A DNA stretch of 64,000 nucleotides from NCBI GenBank assembly GCA_964016885.1, contig OZ024741.1:148428001-148492000 (forward strand). Reading direction: 5' to 3'. The number at the start of each line of letters is the position of its first letter. Position 1 is the stretch's first letter. Positions 25,363 through 39,465 of the stretch are shown one piece after another. The notes beneath the pieces were generated by a model that had not been told where the DNA came from, searched no databases, and was given only the letters and a program-made list of their open reading frames with translations. The position numbers were made by a program, and so were the translations under genes. This stretch comes from Eledone cirrhosa. Lineage: Eukaryota.

Positions 25363-27491
25363 AATTTAATGTATAATAAACAATACAATATAATTACCTC
25401 ATTACCAGAGGTTTTCCGAATAAGACGAATACAAGAAACGTCCTCATTCGTTCGTCAGACAAGGCAATTTAAAACAGTGAAATATTTGAAAAATCTCCTC
25501 AAGAAAGGCAAAAGTTTAACGGGCAAAAAAATATATAAATAAAAGTAATGCAAAAGATATATAAAAAAAGGGAAATATACTAAGGGTATGTGTATAAATG
25601 TGTATAAATTCCCTAGAACACATAGATACTATAAGATCTTCAATAGAAACTGTGTCAAAATCAGCTACTCCTGCAGTCCCTCTATTAAATCTTATATCCT
25701 CAATAAGAAAAAAATACCCAGAGTACATCAAAATTGCTCCTGTAGAGTCAGAAGTGAATGCCCATTACAAGGTAAATGCAACACCAAAGCCATTGTATAT
25801 GCGGCTAAAGTGACAACCGCCAGCAACAACCTACCAGCCACCAGCGAACGATATGTGGGTATGACACAAGACAAATTCAAAACGCGTTATTACTCACATG
25901 TCGCATCTTTCCGACATCCTGAAAAAAGATTTACAACAGCTCTGGCTAGCAGAATATGGGATTTGAAAGATCAAGTATCCAATATAAATTAGATTGGTCA
26001 ATTTTGAACCAATCCAAAGAATATACAAGAAGATGCGCACTCTGCATAAGTGAAAAATTTTAGATTTTACAGAAACTTAAATCACCAAAAACCTGCCTAA
26101 ATGCAAAAAGAGAAATTTTCACCAGTTGCCCACACATGAAATCACACTTGCTTTCCAGCTCATATAAACTTAACTCACTTTCAGATACTTATCCTCCATA
26201 AACTCTTGTTCTTCACTTTCCTTAACTTACCTTCTTTACAGACTTCTCTTTCTGATTTACTTTTATTTTTATTTTTAACTTTATTTTTACTTCACATCCA
26301 CTAGTACCCCCCCCCCCCCTGCTTTTTGATTCACTTACTTTATATCTTCACAATTTTACATATTTTACTTCCCCCTTTTCTTTCACTACCTGATATCACA
26401 TGTCACTTGTGTTTTCAACTCCACATATATTCTGTTGTCCCTCAGCCGCTTTTATGTATGTTTACTTGCGTATAATTTGTACCCATTTATTCATACGGCT
26501 GGTCTTTATATATGTATGTATGCGTATAGGTATGTATGTATACGTGTTTGTATATGTATGCGAATGCATTCGTATGTGCGCGTGTATGTGTATATGTGTG
26601 TGTGTATGTGTGTTTTTATATCTATGTTTCTTACATACTTATATATATATATATATGGTCACGTGTGTGATTAGATGTACATGTATGTATATATATATGT
26701 GTATCGTCTGTATGTATGCGTGCTTTTCTATGTATGTACGCATGTATGTGTTTTTGTCAGTACGTATATATATATATGTGCGTACGAACCTCTGTATGTT
26801 TTCTACTTGTTATTTATTTTTTCCAGTGTTACTTTATAATTGATAACTCCTCCCTCTTACTTTCTCTTTGATTTAATTTTTATTCTTATATATTATTTCA
26901 TTTCCATATTTTATATTTTTATATCTGTATCGACCTTCAGTCTGACACTGCTTTGACTGATACATTCCCTTCCCTGTATATATCACATACATGTATGTGG
27001 TTGCGCGTGTGTGTATGTTTATACGCGTGCTTTCATCCTTGTATATGTATATATTTCAATCCTTAGTCCCTGAGTCTGTATGTATGCTACTTCTATTATC
27101 TTACAATTTCTTTTTTCAACATATATTATATACGTATTTGTGGTCACACATACACTGATATGCTTGCCCTCATGTATGTACTTACGCACAGATTTTTTCA
27201 CAATACACATGAATTTGTACATACACACATATGTACATTTGTAGGTGCATATACACACATTTATACACATACCCTTACTATATTTCCTTTTTTTATATAT
27301 CTCTTGCATTACTTTTATTTATATATTTTTTTTTGCCCGTTAAACTTTTGCCTTTCTTGAGAGATTTTTCAAATATTCCACTATGTTTTAAATTGCCTTG
27401 TCTGACGAACGAATGAGGACGTTTCTTGTATTCGTCTTATTCGGGAAACCTCTGGTAATGAGGTAATTATATTGTATTGTTAATTATACAT

Positions 27492-27493
<2 letters not shown>
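25363..27493 (+). mobile_element. 5'-truncated PLE (GIY-YIG end) with ~240-bp inverted terminal copy
   Basis: ORF 25588-25992 CSC..CPLQGKC..IVYAAKV..YVGMT..FKTRY, then C.LC.SEK. 25363-25606 is the reverse complement of ~27254-27493. Confidence 0.85.
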
Positions 27494-27525
<32 letters not shown>

Positions 27526-27586
27526 TATATATATGTATATATATATATAATATATAAGATCAAAAGATGGTTAAAAGAGTTCCATG

Positions 27587-27657
27587 TATTTTATTATGCG
27601 CATTTCAAAAACAAATATCATCATGCAATAATATTTGTGTTTTCATCAGATAAAATA
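27587..27657 (-). ncRNA. Type I hammerhead ribozyme
   Basis: Minus: attttat-CTGATGA-15-bp stem II-GAAA-tgcgca-TA-ataaaat. Lies in a fragment (27555-27717) homologous to 62971-63135. Confidence 0.75.
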
Positions 27658-27730
27658 GGAAGACATGATATGAAGGTTAAAAAACACTTGTGAATAGTGC
27701 AGTTTTGAATCAACATATATATATATATAT

Positions 27731-28556
<826 letters not shown>

Positions 28557-28558
28557 GG

Positions 28559-29844
28559 CAAAGTAAAAAATCGGAGAATAGACCGTTAAAACATGTTTAT
28601 TTAAAACAGCACCTACGTACGTTTCGCCCAGTTGGGCTTCTCAAGGGCATAAATAATGAAAAGTGTTCCTTATATTGCTCGGAAAGAGTTTTTGGGGTTA
28701 AATCCACATCAAGGTTCATTGCTCGCAAAAATAGCTTGTGTTGATTTTGCAGCAGGTCAAGGGAGGTAACTCCGGCCGGTGTTAGGGCAGTCTTTCCCGG
28801 ACAATTTATTTATTTATTTATTTATTTTTTTTTTTTGCCGCATCTGTTTGTCTGAGGCTGGGTCTGGTATGCAAGGATTGTTTCCAGGGTGTTATTTTTC
28901 AGCGCCTGCCCGCCGGGGTGTTAAGACTTGTTGCAGGGAGATCTGGTGTACTGTTTCACTCCTCATCCTTAACCCATCTGAAGAAGGATATTTTAAAGCG
29001 ATGTGTACAACTTATCGCTGTTTCAGCTCTGCTGTTGATGAGCTCGTGGGGTGCAGTTATGATGTGGTAGAGCTCCATGAGGCAAAGATCGCATTTCCTC
29101 TTGAAGTTGTACGGTGCAGCCCTACCGACAATCTCCCAGTGCGTGGAGAAGCTGATGTTTAAGTCCTTTAGTGATGTGATGTAGTCCGCGAGCGAAGTGG
29201 AGTGCCTTAGTTTTCTATTTGTGAAAGAGTGGAGATGTGTTCGAAACCTAATTTTGAACGGGCCGGAGGTAGCCCCTATATAATGTTTAACGCTATTGTG
29301 GCTAGTAATAGTGCATCTATATATAACCCTATCAGTCAAGCAGTATCCTCTAAGGGGGCAGCGTCCTCTGTCGAGGCAGTTGCAATTTCTGTCGCGGTTC
29401 CGTCTATTTCCCATGGTAAGGCTATCATTGTTGCTGCCTACGTTGTTACCTACGCTATCGCAGCTGTCGTTAGCACCATTCCAACCCCGGCGGGCAGGCG
29501 CTGCAAAATAACACCCTGGAAACAATCCTTGCATACCAAACCCAGCCTCAGACAAACAGATGCGGCAAAAAAAAAAAAAAAGTAAATAAAATAAATAAAT
29601 TGTCCGGGAAAGACTGCCCTAACACCGGCCGGAGTTACCTCCCTTGACCTGCTGCAAAATAAACACAAGCTATTTTTGCGAGCAATAAACCTTGATGTGG
29701 ATTAACCCCAAAAACTCTTTCCGAGCAATATAAGGAACACTTTTCATTATTTATGCCCTTGAGAAGCCCAACTGGGCGAAACGTACGTAGGTGCTGTTTT
29801 AAATAAACATGTTTTAACGGTCTATTCTCCGATTTTTTACTTTC
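28559..29844 (-). mobile_element. 5'-truncated PLE (GIY-YIG) with ~360-bp inverted repeats
   Basis: ORF 28956-29555 CNC..CPLRGYCL..VIYRCTI..YIGAT..FKIRF..CDLCLME. 28559-28920 is the reverse complement of 29484-29844. Confidence 0.9.
29755..29794 (+). ncRNA. Variant minimal hammerhead (TTGAGAA core); mirror copy at 28609-28649 on minus
   Basis: cc-TTGAGAA-gccc(aact)gggc-GAAA-cgtacg-TA-gg, with a palindromic stem III. Confidence 0.55.
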
Positions 29845-30011
29845 CCACGTGCTTATGCTCTGCTAACTCTCTAGCCCTCTAAATATTAACACTTCGAATA
29901 TTTAATACTGCCGGCACTAGTATCGAGCACCTTTGGCATACGCTACTTGGCAAATAACTATATGTATCACCTATCCTCCCCTTTTTTCTCTTTCTCGATA
30001 CGTAAATACTG

Positions 30012-30078
<67 letters not shown>

Positions 30079-30112
30079 ATATACATATATATATATATAC
30101 ATATATATATAC

Positions 30113-30159
<47 letters not shown>

Positions 30160-30210
30160 CATATATATATACATATATATATATATACATATACATATAT
30201 ATATATATAC

Positions 30211-30250
<40 letters not shown>

Positions 30251-30385
30251 TATAAATATATATATATACATATTATAAATATATATATATATATACATAT
30301 AATATATACATATATATATATATTTATACATATTATAATATATACATATACATATATATATATACATATACATATACATATATAC

Positions 30386-30462
<77 letters not shown>

Positions 30463-30564
30463 CATATATATATACATATATATATATATATTATATATAT
30501 ATCATCATCATCATCATCATCACCGTTTTACGTCCGTTCTTCCATGCTAGCATGGGTTAGACGG

Positions 30565-30606
<42 letters not shown>

Positions 30607-30741
30607 CATATATATATATACATATATATATATACATATATATATATACATATATATACATATATATATGTATATATATATATGTATATATATATGTATA
30701 TATATATATATTATATATATATACACATATATATACATATA

Positions 30742-31876
30742 TATGTCCCAAATGCAAAGTATGGGTGCATAAAAGATGTAGTGGGATCACAGGTAAGCTA
30801 ACTAAGAACAGAATTTACATGTGGCCGGTGCTCTGGTGCAATAAGTAGCAGCAAGTGCCCACAAAATACTACCTCTTCCAATTGCGCAGAGGGTTCTATA
30901 GAAATAGTGGACAGCTTCCGTTACCTGGGTGACAAAATCAGCAGTGGGGGAGGGTGCTCTGAAAGTACAGTAGCTAGAGTCAGAACTGGATGAAAAAAGT
31001 TCAGAGAGCTTATACCACTATTAGCCGCTAAAGGGTTCTCCCTAAAAATGAAAGGCAGGCTGTATGATGCCTGAATAGGAACAGCAATGTTGCATGGCAG
31101 TGAGACCTGGGCATTGTGTGCAGAGGATATACGCAGACTAGAGAGGAACGAAGCTTGCATGCTCCGCTGGATGTGTAATAGTAATATACGCGAACGGCAA
31201 AGCATAAACGAATTAAGGGAAAAATTAGAAATTAGAGGGATCAGATGTTGTTTACTCGAGAGAAGGCTACGTTGGTATGGTCACGTAATGCGCATGAAAG
31301 ACGACAGCTGTATAAAAAAGTGCAGGGCAATAAAGATAGACGGTAACCACGGAGTAGGCAGACCCAGAAAAACCTGGGACGACCTGATAAACTCCGACCT
31401 CACACACTTACACCTCTCCAAGACAATGTCACTGGACCGAGATCTTTGGCGGCACTCAGTAATAGAGAAGACACGCCTTACCTAAATACAAAGTAAAACC
31501 TACTACAGTCAGTAGGCATCTCTAACAAAATACACCCCCGTCCCACCACCCCTACCCCATCCACACCGCCCCTTTCAATGTAAAGTTATGTTGGTGACAC
31601 AACATCCAGGCCGAAACAAATGAGATCGTGTAGGTGTCACGACAAAAAAACACACAGTCCACGCTGTAATGTGGCCGTGTAGGCAACACGGTAAAAACCT
31701 CCCAGTCCCACACTGTAAATGTGGTTGGTGTTAGGAAGGGCATCCAGCTGTAGAAAACCCGCCAGACAGTTCTATGCGAGCAAGACAACCACTCTTGCCT
31801 CAAGTGGAAAAACTCCCGTCCAAACCCATGCAAGCGTGGAACATGGACGTTAAACGATGATGATGATGATGATGAT
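30742..31876 (+). mobile_element. RTE LINE family B, 5'-truncated, with stop codons
   Basis: [21 protein letters not shown] 31087-31485 (LHGSETW, RLRWYGHV), 3' UTR and (gat)n tail. Confidence 0.93.
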
Positions 31877-31886
31877 ATATATATAC

Positions 31887-32021
<135 letters not shown>

Positions 32022-32110
32022 TATATAGATAGATAGATAGATAAATAAATATACACGGGTGTGTATGATTGTGTATAGAAGATTATAATAATAAAAGGAA
32101 TTCCAACTTT

Positions 32111-32165
32111 GTGACAGTCAAGTTTGCAATTTTCAACAGTTGAAAATTGCAAACTTGACTGTCAC
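32111..32165. repeat. Perfect palindrome, 27-bp arms, 1-nt spacer
   Basis: gtgacagtcaagtttgcaattttcaac-a-gttgaaaattgcaaacttgactgtcac. Confidence 0.95.
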
Positions 32166-32174
32166 CTCACATTA

Positions 32175-32213
32175 TGAACCTGAAGATTGCGAAACCATGA
32201 AAGTACTTGTTCA
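32175..32213 (+). ncRNA. Minimal hammerhead motif with weak stem II
   Basis: tgaac-CTGAAGA-ttgcgaaaccat-GAAA-gtac-TT-gttca. Confidence 0.5.
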
Positions 32214-32269
32214 ATTAACACTTAACATTTAATATTCTACCATACTATTTCATTCTAATACCATTATAA

Positions 32270-32325
<56 letters not shown>

Positions 32326-34997
32326 GAAAACACAGGTAAGTTACTCTTGAAATAATTCTTAATATATAGAGAAAAACATTTATTTGGAATTGTATTTACT
32401 AGTATAGAGAGAGAGGATTCAGAAGGTGAGGGGACAAACGGAATAGTATAGAGAGAGTGGAAGGGGGTAGAGGTAGGAAGTAGAGTGACAAACTGAGATG
32501 GAGGGAGGGGTAGAGGTGGAAGGATTCAGTGGTCAGTTTTGATAGCAGACTTGTTGTCGTGGAATGTAGTGAGTTAAAGAGAATTAAATTGATCATAGTG
32601 GGAGGGATGGATAGAGAGGGAGAGAGAGAGGGGGGGAGATATAAAGAGATAAATATATATATATATATATATAAAAAATATGACAAATACATTCCTAAAA
32701 AAGCTGCGAACCACCAATGGAATTATTGTCAAAGCGGACAAAACATCAAATGTGTATACGATGGATGTTAATACATACAACAGCTTCATACAGAAGGAAT
32801 TATATAGGAAATACAAAAAAACAAATGAGGCGGCACTGATAAACATCAACAACGAGGTACACAATATAGTCAAACACCTAGGAATAGACGACAGAACGGA
32901 GCCACTTAGGCCATGTACCCCCACATTTAACCTCAAGGACCACAAGGCAAATTATGATTATAACCCCACAATTAGACTTATATGCCCATCCAAATCGGAC
33001 ATCGGGAAAATTAGTAAACATATATTAGACAGAGTGATAGCACAAATGAAGAATAAACTAGTGATTAAACTATGGGGTAACGCTACCGAAACAATTAAGT
33101 GGTTTAACAATGTAGCTAACAAAGAAGTATCTAAATTTATACAATTTGACATTAACGATTATTACTCATCTATATCCCCCAACACCTTGGATAAAGCCTA
33201 AGCATTCGCCAAAGCCAATTCTGACATAACAGACGACGAGATAAAAATCATATTAGCTGCTAGGAAAACAATAATTAAATTTGAAAGCGCCTATTGGGAA
33301 CGTAAGGATAGATTAAATAACTTTGACATCACGATGGGGGCTAACGACTCGGCTCAAGTCAGAGATTTAGTAGGTATTTACATAGCCCATAGTTTACAAA
33401 GTGAGTTTAGCGACCTTCACGGTGGAATCTATAGAGACGACGCCCTTCTAGTTAAGAACCTAAATAACCAGAGCACAGAATGACTCCGTAAGAATATTAG
33501 AAAGACTCTCGGAAAACTAGGCCTTAGCATAACGTATGAGTATAGCACTAAAACAGTTAACTTTCTAGACATGACGCTTAACCTAAATACAGGACTTATA
33601 AGACCTTTTCACAAGATTAATGAAAACTTAGCATACATCAACTGTAACTCAAACCACCCACTATCCATAATTAAATCCATTCCACACAGCATATCCCTTA
33701 GGATCTCCCGCCTCTCGTCTAACCGACAAATCTTCGAAGAACATGCAGAATACTACAATACCGCATTAGACAAGGCAGGCCACTTAGATAGAGTAGAATA
33801 TATAGATGAAAGCCTCCGCGAAGCGCACACGAACACGCATAACACAAACTCCGGTAACACATGCACACACGCACTTATGCATAGAACTGCAAAGTATACG
33901 GCAAATAGAAATACAACATCGAAATCAAACAAGTCACGCAGTAGAAAATATATTTGGTATAACCCCATATTTAACACCTCTATTAGTACTAACCTACCTT
34001 CTACCATCTTTAGAATAATAAATAAGCACTTTCCAGATTCACATAGATACAGAAAAATCCTTAACACTAAATCTATTAGACTATCTTACTCCACGTCACC
34101 AAATATAGAGGCACACATTAAGATGCTTAACGCTAAAAAGGTACATAACAACACCAAAACACAAATTTACAACAATAACAATACAATCACCACCGAACAC
34201 AACATAATATCTAATACACAACCACCCGCTAATAGGCAAACAAAACGTAACACACTTGTACAGGCATCGCAGCCCACAAATAATGCCAAAGTTACCCATG
34301 ACAAGAACTGTAACTGCCACCTACCTGAAACCTGTCCATTACATAATGAATGTATGCAGTCTAATCTGGTTTACCAATGCACAGTGGAATCAGACAACCA
34401 GAAATGGTATTACATCGGAGCGACTGGGAATACATTTAAAGCTCGTTGGTATACACACCGTTACGCAATGAAACATTCCCAGCACCGTTATTTAACTACC
34501 CTTGCAAACAAGACCTCGCAACTGAGGGAAAGTAACCATCAATACACCCTGAAGTGGAAAAAATTATCGAACGCGCCCCCATATCGGAGTGGTATGAGAA
34601 GCTGTCGATTATGCGACCTTGAGCTGTTCCACATCTTAAGTTCAAAGAATAAGTTACTCAACAATAAAATCGAAAGATCAATTTATTGTAACCATAGACT
34701 CAAAGAGAAGTTTTCACACTACAAATCAAACCCTTAACCTCTTACTACCAACTGACAAACTGCATATACTTAGACTTTACACCCTCTTGTTGTATCTAAA
34801 CCCTTTTAGTTACCCACAAAACCAATACATATATCCCCCTCTTCTCCCTCATTCCTCTTCTATTTCTTCATTTTCTTCCTTCCTTCCTTCCCCTTCTTGG
34901 CTATCTTTTCTTTTCTTCTTTCTCACCCCCTTCTTTGCTTTTATTTTTGTCATTATTATCTTTATCTTTATTTTTTATATATATATATATATATATA

Positions 34998-37942
34998 TTA
35001 GTTTTGCGAGGTTTTTTTATATGAAATCGTGTGTCGAAACAAATATTGTTATACTTGGGGAGGGTCATATTTGTGTAATATTGCCAGAATTAATAACAGA
35101 ACACACTCACTGTTTGGTTGGTTTTCGCTTCTCGCTTCTGTGTCTTTTATATCGGTAATCTAACTTACTCGGTCCTCAATGTTGCCATTGACTGACCGAC
35201 GGTCAAAAATAATACAGATACAATATAGACACAAACACATATATATAGTTTATCATAAATCTTTCGTTGCACATCTGCAACATCGTCAGTGGTGTTATAT
35301 CTTCCTCCTGTTGTATTGTATGTCTACGCCATTTTTATTCAGTCTGTCTATATATTTATTTATTTATTTGCTTGTTTGTTTATTTTATTTTGTCTTCTTT
35401 GCGCATGCGTTTGCGTGTGTGTATAGTGTTTTGTTTGCTGTGTGATGGGTGACTAGTGTGTGTTTATGTGCTTGTTGTTATTGTGCTTGTGTATGTATTT
35501 ATTTATTTTATTTTATTTACTTATTTATACTTCTCTTAGGTCAGTGTTGTTTGTTTGGGTGTTGTTGTTATTCCATTCATTCTTTCTGTTTAGCCTTGGT
35601 CTTCTAATTTCTATTTCACTGGCCTCTCTGATTTGCCTATCTGCTGGGTCATTTCAATGGTTATACGCCCCATAATCAAGATGTCCCCAGATGTATGTGA
35701 CAGTACAGAGGACCTCCTCAGCAGAATCAGTGAGTGCAACAAAAACAGGAGCCTATCCAACTGCATAATAGGCAGCATGGATGTGGTGTCACTGTACCCA
35801 TCCATTAACATTGATTTTGCTGTGAAAAGATGTGTGGAGATGATCATTGAGGGTGAGGTGGAGTTCTGCGACGTCGACACAGACGAACTGGGCCTCCTAC
35901 TTAGACTTACCTACGACACTGACTACCTAGACAGCCATGACCTTAGATGTTTCTGCCCTAGTAGACCTATAAGAGGTAGACCCCCCACCATAACCTCAAT
36001 GGCAAAAAAGACTCCCATGGGAAGGTGGATTGGGTGGACCAAAGCTATACGGACCCCCCAAAACAATGATCAGATAAGAAAAATGGTCGCACATGCAATA
36101 GGGGCTAGTATCAAAACTACCATAAAGGGCCACATATTTAAGTTTAACGAGAAGATCTACACCCAAAATGAGGGAGCAGCCATCGGCGTCAGCATAGCTG
36201 GTGATGTTGCCAACCTTTTCATGGTATGGTGGGAAAGGAGACTTAAAGATCTCCTTAATGAGAGCTCCATAGACCTCATCATGTACTCTCGTTATGTAGA
36301 CGATATCAATATAGTTATAAGAACACCCCCACTAGAGAGCACTAACAAGTTTGATTTAGAACGTAGCACGATGGAAAGCATCCAGCAGATAGCTAATTCC
36401 ATACACCAGAGTATAACTGTAACTATCGACTTCCCTTCCAAACACCCTAACAATAGACTACCTGTATTATACACAGAACTCTGGATTAACACTATAGACG
36501 AGAGAGCCCAAATTCTCCACTCACACTATGCTAAACCCATGGCCTCCAAATACCTGATACTCAAAAACTCAGCAATGTCCAGTAGTGCTAAGTTTAATAT
36601 TCTGATCGCAGATTTGGTACGAGTGATGAAGAATGTGTCTCGCATGTGCGACCCAACATAAATGGAAAGACACATCCAACACTTCATCAACCACATGCAG
36701 TTCTCTAGCTACAACCAAAGAGACAGAGTCAGAGTATACGAAGGAGCCATGGAAAAGTATAAGACCCTCATAGAACTGGACATGAAAGGAATTTGCCCAT
36801 TATACAGGAGCAAATCATGGAATAGCTTAGATAGGGCTAGACATAAGATAGGGAAAGCCACCTCATGGTACGACAACCAGAGATACCAGAGTGTCATGTT
36901 TGTGGACGCTACCCCTGGAGGGAAATTAGCTAACCAGTGTAGAAAGGCCCTGAGAAAAACCCACTTAAAAATAAAGGTGGTAGAAAAGCCAGGAACCACC
37001 ATAAAATCCCTGATCAGCAAAACCTACTCTTTTAAGAAAACCCACTGTACCAATAGGAAATGTATCATATGTAAGGTGAACCCCCAGATAAACTGTAAAA
37101 CTAGAAACGTAGTCTATAGCATAAGATGTACAGAGGGTACTTGCAGAAACATGACAACAACATACATAGGTGAGACAGCTCGTAGCATAGGTGAAAGGAT
37201 AGACCAACACTGGGGGGAACTAAAAGGACGAAAAAACGGGTCAGTACTATACGAACATGCTAGACAACAACATGACGGTAACATAGACAACATAGAAATT
37301 AGAATAATATCTAAACATGGAAATGACCCAGCAGATAGGCAAATCAGAGAGGCCAGTGAAATAGAAATTAGAAGACCAAGGCTAAATAGAAATAATGAAT
37401 GGAATAACAACAACACCCAAACAAACAACACTGACCTAAGAGAAGTATAAATAAGTAAATAAAATAAAATAAATAAATAAATAAATACATACACAAGCAC
37501 AATAACAACAAGCACATAAACACACACTAGTCACCCATCACACAGCAAACAAAACACTATACACACACGCAAACGCATGCGCAAAGAAGACAAAATAAAA
37601 TAAACAAACAAGCAAATAAATAAATAAATATATAGACAGACTGAATAAAAATGGCGTAGACATACAACACAACAGGAGGAAAATATAACACCACTGACGA
37701 TGTTGCAGATGTACAACGAAAGATTTATGATAAACTATATATATATGTGTTTGTGTCTATATTGTATCTGTATTATTTTTGACCGTCGGTCAGTCAATGG
37801 CAACATTGAGGACCGAGTAAGTTAGATTACCGATATAAAAGACACAGAAGCGAGAAGCGAAAACCAACCAAACAGTGAGTGTGTTCTGTTATTAATTCTG
37901 GCAATATTACACAAATATGACCCTCCCCAAGTATAACAATAT
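34998..37942 (+). mobile_element. YVDD-type Penelope-like element family 2 with ~610-bp inverted repeats
   Basis: ORFs 35633-36661 (SMDVVSLYPSI, QNEGAAIG, RYVDD) and 36662-37450 (NVVYSIRC..YIGET) are separated by one stop. 35043-35655 is the reverse complement of 37320-37942. Confidence 0.92.
37690..37731 (+). ncRNA. Minimal hammerhead (PLE family 2); mirror copy at 35252-35293 on minus
   Basis: ca-CTGACGA-t-gttgca(gatg)t(a/g)caac-GAAA-gatt-TA-tg. Confidence 0.6.
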
Positions 37943-38253
37943 ATATATATTTATCTCTTTATACCTCCCCCTCTCTCTCCATCCCTCCCACTATGATCAA
38001 TTTAATTCTCTTTAACTCACTACATTCTACGACATGAAGTCTGCTATCAAAACTGACCAAGCAATCCTTCCACCTCTAACCCTCCCTCCATCTCAGTTTG
38101 TCACTCTACTTCCTACCTCCTCCCCCTTCCACTCTCTCTATACTATTCCGTTTGTCCCCTCATCTTCTGATTCCTCTCTCTCTATACTAGTAAATACAAT
38201 TCCAAATAAATGTTTTTCTCTATATATTAAGAATTATTTCAAGAGTAACTTAC

Positions 38254-38355
38254 TATTTTGAAAATTTGGACTGTGAACAACAATTATAATTGAGTGGCTG
38301 CTATTTGCAGTATAGCAATATAATGTTGCACTTACCAATGAAACGGTCGTAAATA
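38254..38355 (+). ncRNA. Variant hammerhead (TTGAAAA core) with long stem II
   Basis: tatt-TTGAAAA-t-ttgg...caacaattataattg...caatataatgttg...ccaa-t-GAAA-cggtcg-TA-aata. Confidence 0.5.
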
Positions 38356-38559
38356 CCTGGATAAAATCCTACTCTTAATGCTTACCTGTGTTTTCTCTTT
38401 TATACTTTATACTCCAAGAATGAACGGAATTCTTACAAACTTGTGGAGTTACCCCTAACCGTACGTTGAAACCTTCCATGAAACTGGCTTTCTTAACCAA
38501 GAACTGGATCACAATAAGCAATTTTTTGCTTCTCTAACTATATATATATATATATATAT

Positions 38560-38644
<85 letters not shown>

Positions 38645-38666
38645 CATATACATATATATATACATA

Positions 38667-38776
38667 TTTAATATAGATGAGATTCTACAGGACTAGAACT
38701 GTTTCATTCATTAGAAATCATCAGGAATCTAATGAATGAAACAGTTCTAGTCCTGTAGAATCTCATCTATATTAAA
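38667..38776. repeat. Palindrome with 49-bp arms around a hammerhead-like core
   Basis: tttaatatagatgag...cattaga / tctaatg...ctcatctatattaaa. The spacer reads CTGATGA on minus, followed by GAAAC..GTC. Confidence 0.85.
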
Positions 38777-38857
38777 ACTGTTATACTCTGCTATGTATTG
38801 AGTACCTTACTTACTGTGGTTACCTCCGATTCAACCCGGAATAACGTATATATATAC

Positions 38858-38942
<85 letters not shown>

Positions 38943-38943
38943 C

Positions 38944-39028
<85 letters not shown>

Positions 39029-39149
39029 CATATATATATATACATATATATATATACATATATATATATACATATATATATATATACATATACATATACA
39101 TATACATATATATATATATATACATATATATATACATATATATATATAC

Positions 39150-39284
<135 letters not shown>

Positions 39285-39325
39285 CATATATATATACATA
39301 TATATATATATACATATATATATTA

Positions 39326-39360
<35 letters not shown>

Positions 39361-39465
39361 TATATATATATATATATATAAGTATATACATATATATATA
39401 TTATATATATATATATATATATGCCTCCATATATATGTATATATATGTATATATATATATATATA

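Larger units (their letters stand above)
32321..38540 (+). mobile_element. YRDD-type Penelope-like element (RT + GIY-YIG, 32680-34737) with inverted end copy and a nested second PLE
   Basis: One frame with two stops (33199 TAA, 33481 TGA): KADKT, IQFDI..YYSSI, FDITMGANDSA, GIYRDDAL, VNFLDMTL, NHP, LVYQC..YIGAT. 32321-32655 is an inverted homolog of 37950-38400. Confidence 0.85.

Noticed and set aside
33481-33483. In-frame TGA in the PLE RT as possible selenocysteine (reported for some Naiad PLEs)
   Set aside because: It falls where Arg is expected (E-R-L-R-K), the frame also has a TAA, and no SECIS was identified; simple decay is more likely.
38254-38385. Segment missing from the inverted copy as a spliced GT-AG intron (minus strand)
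   Set aside because: Exact GT..AG removal would give cacagtaag, but cacaggtaag is observed; a 5-bp microhomology deletion fits exactly.
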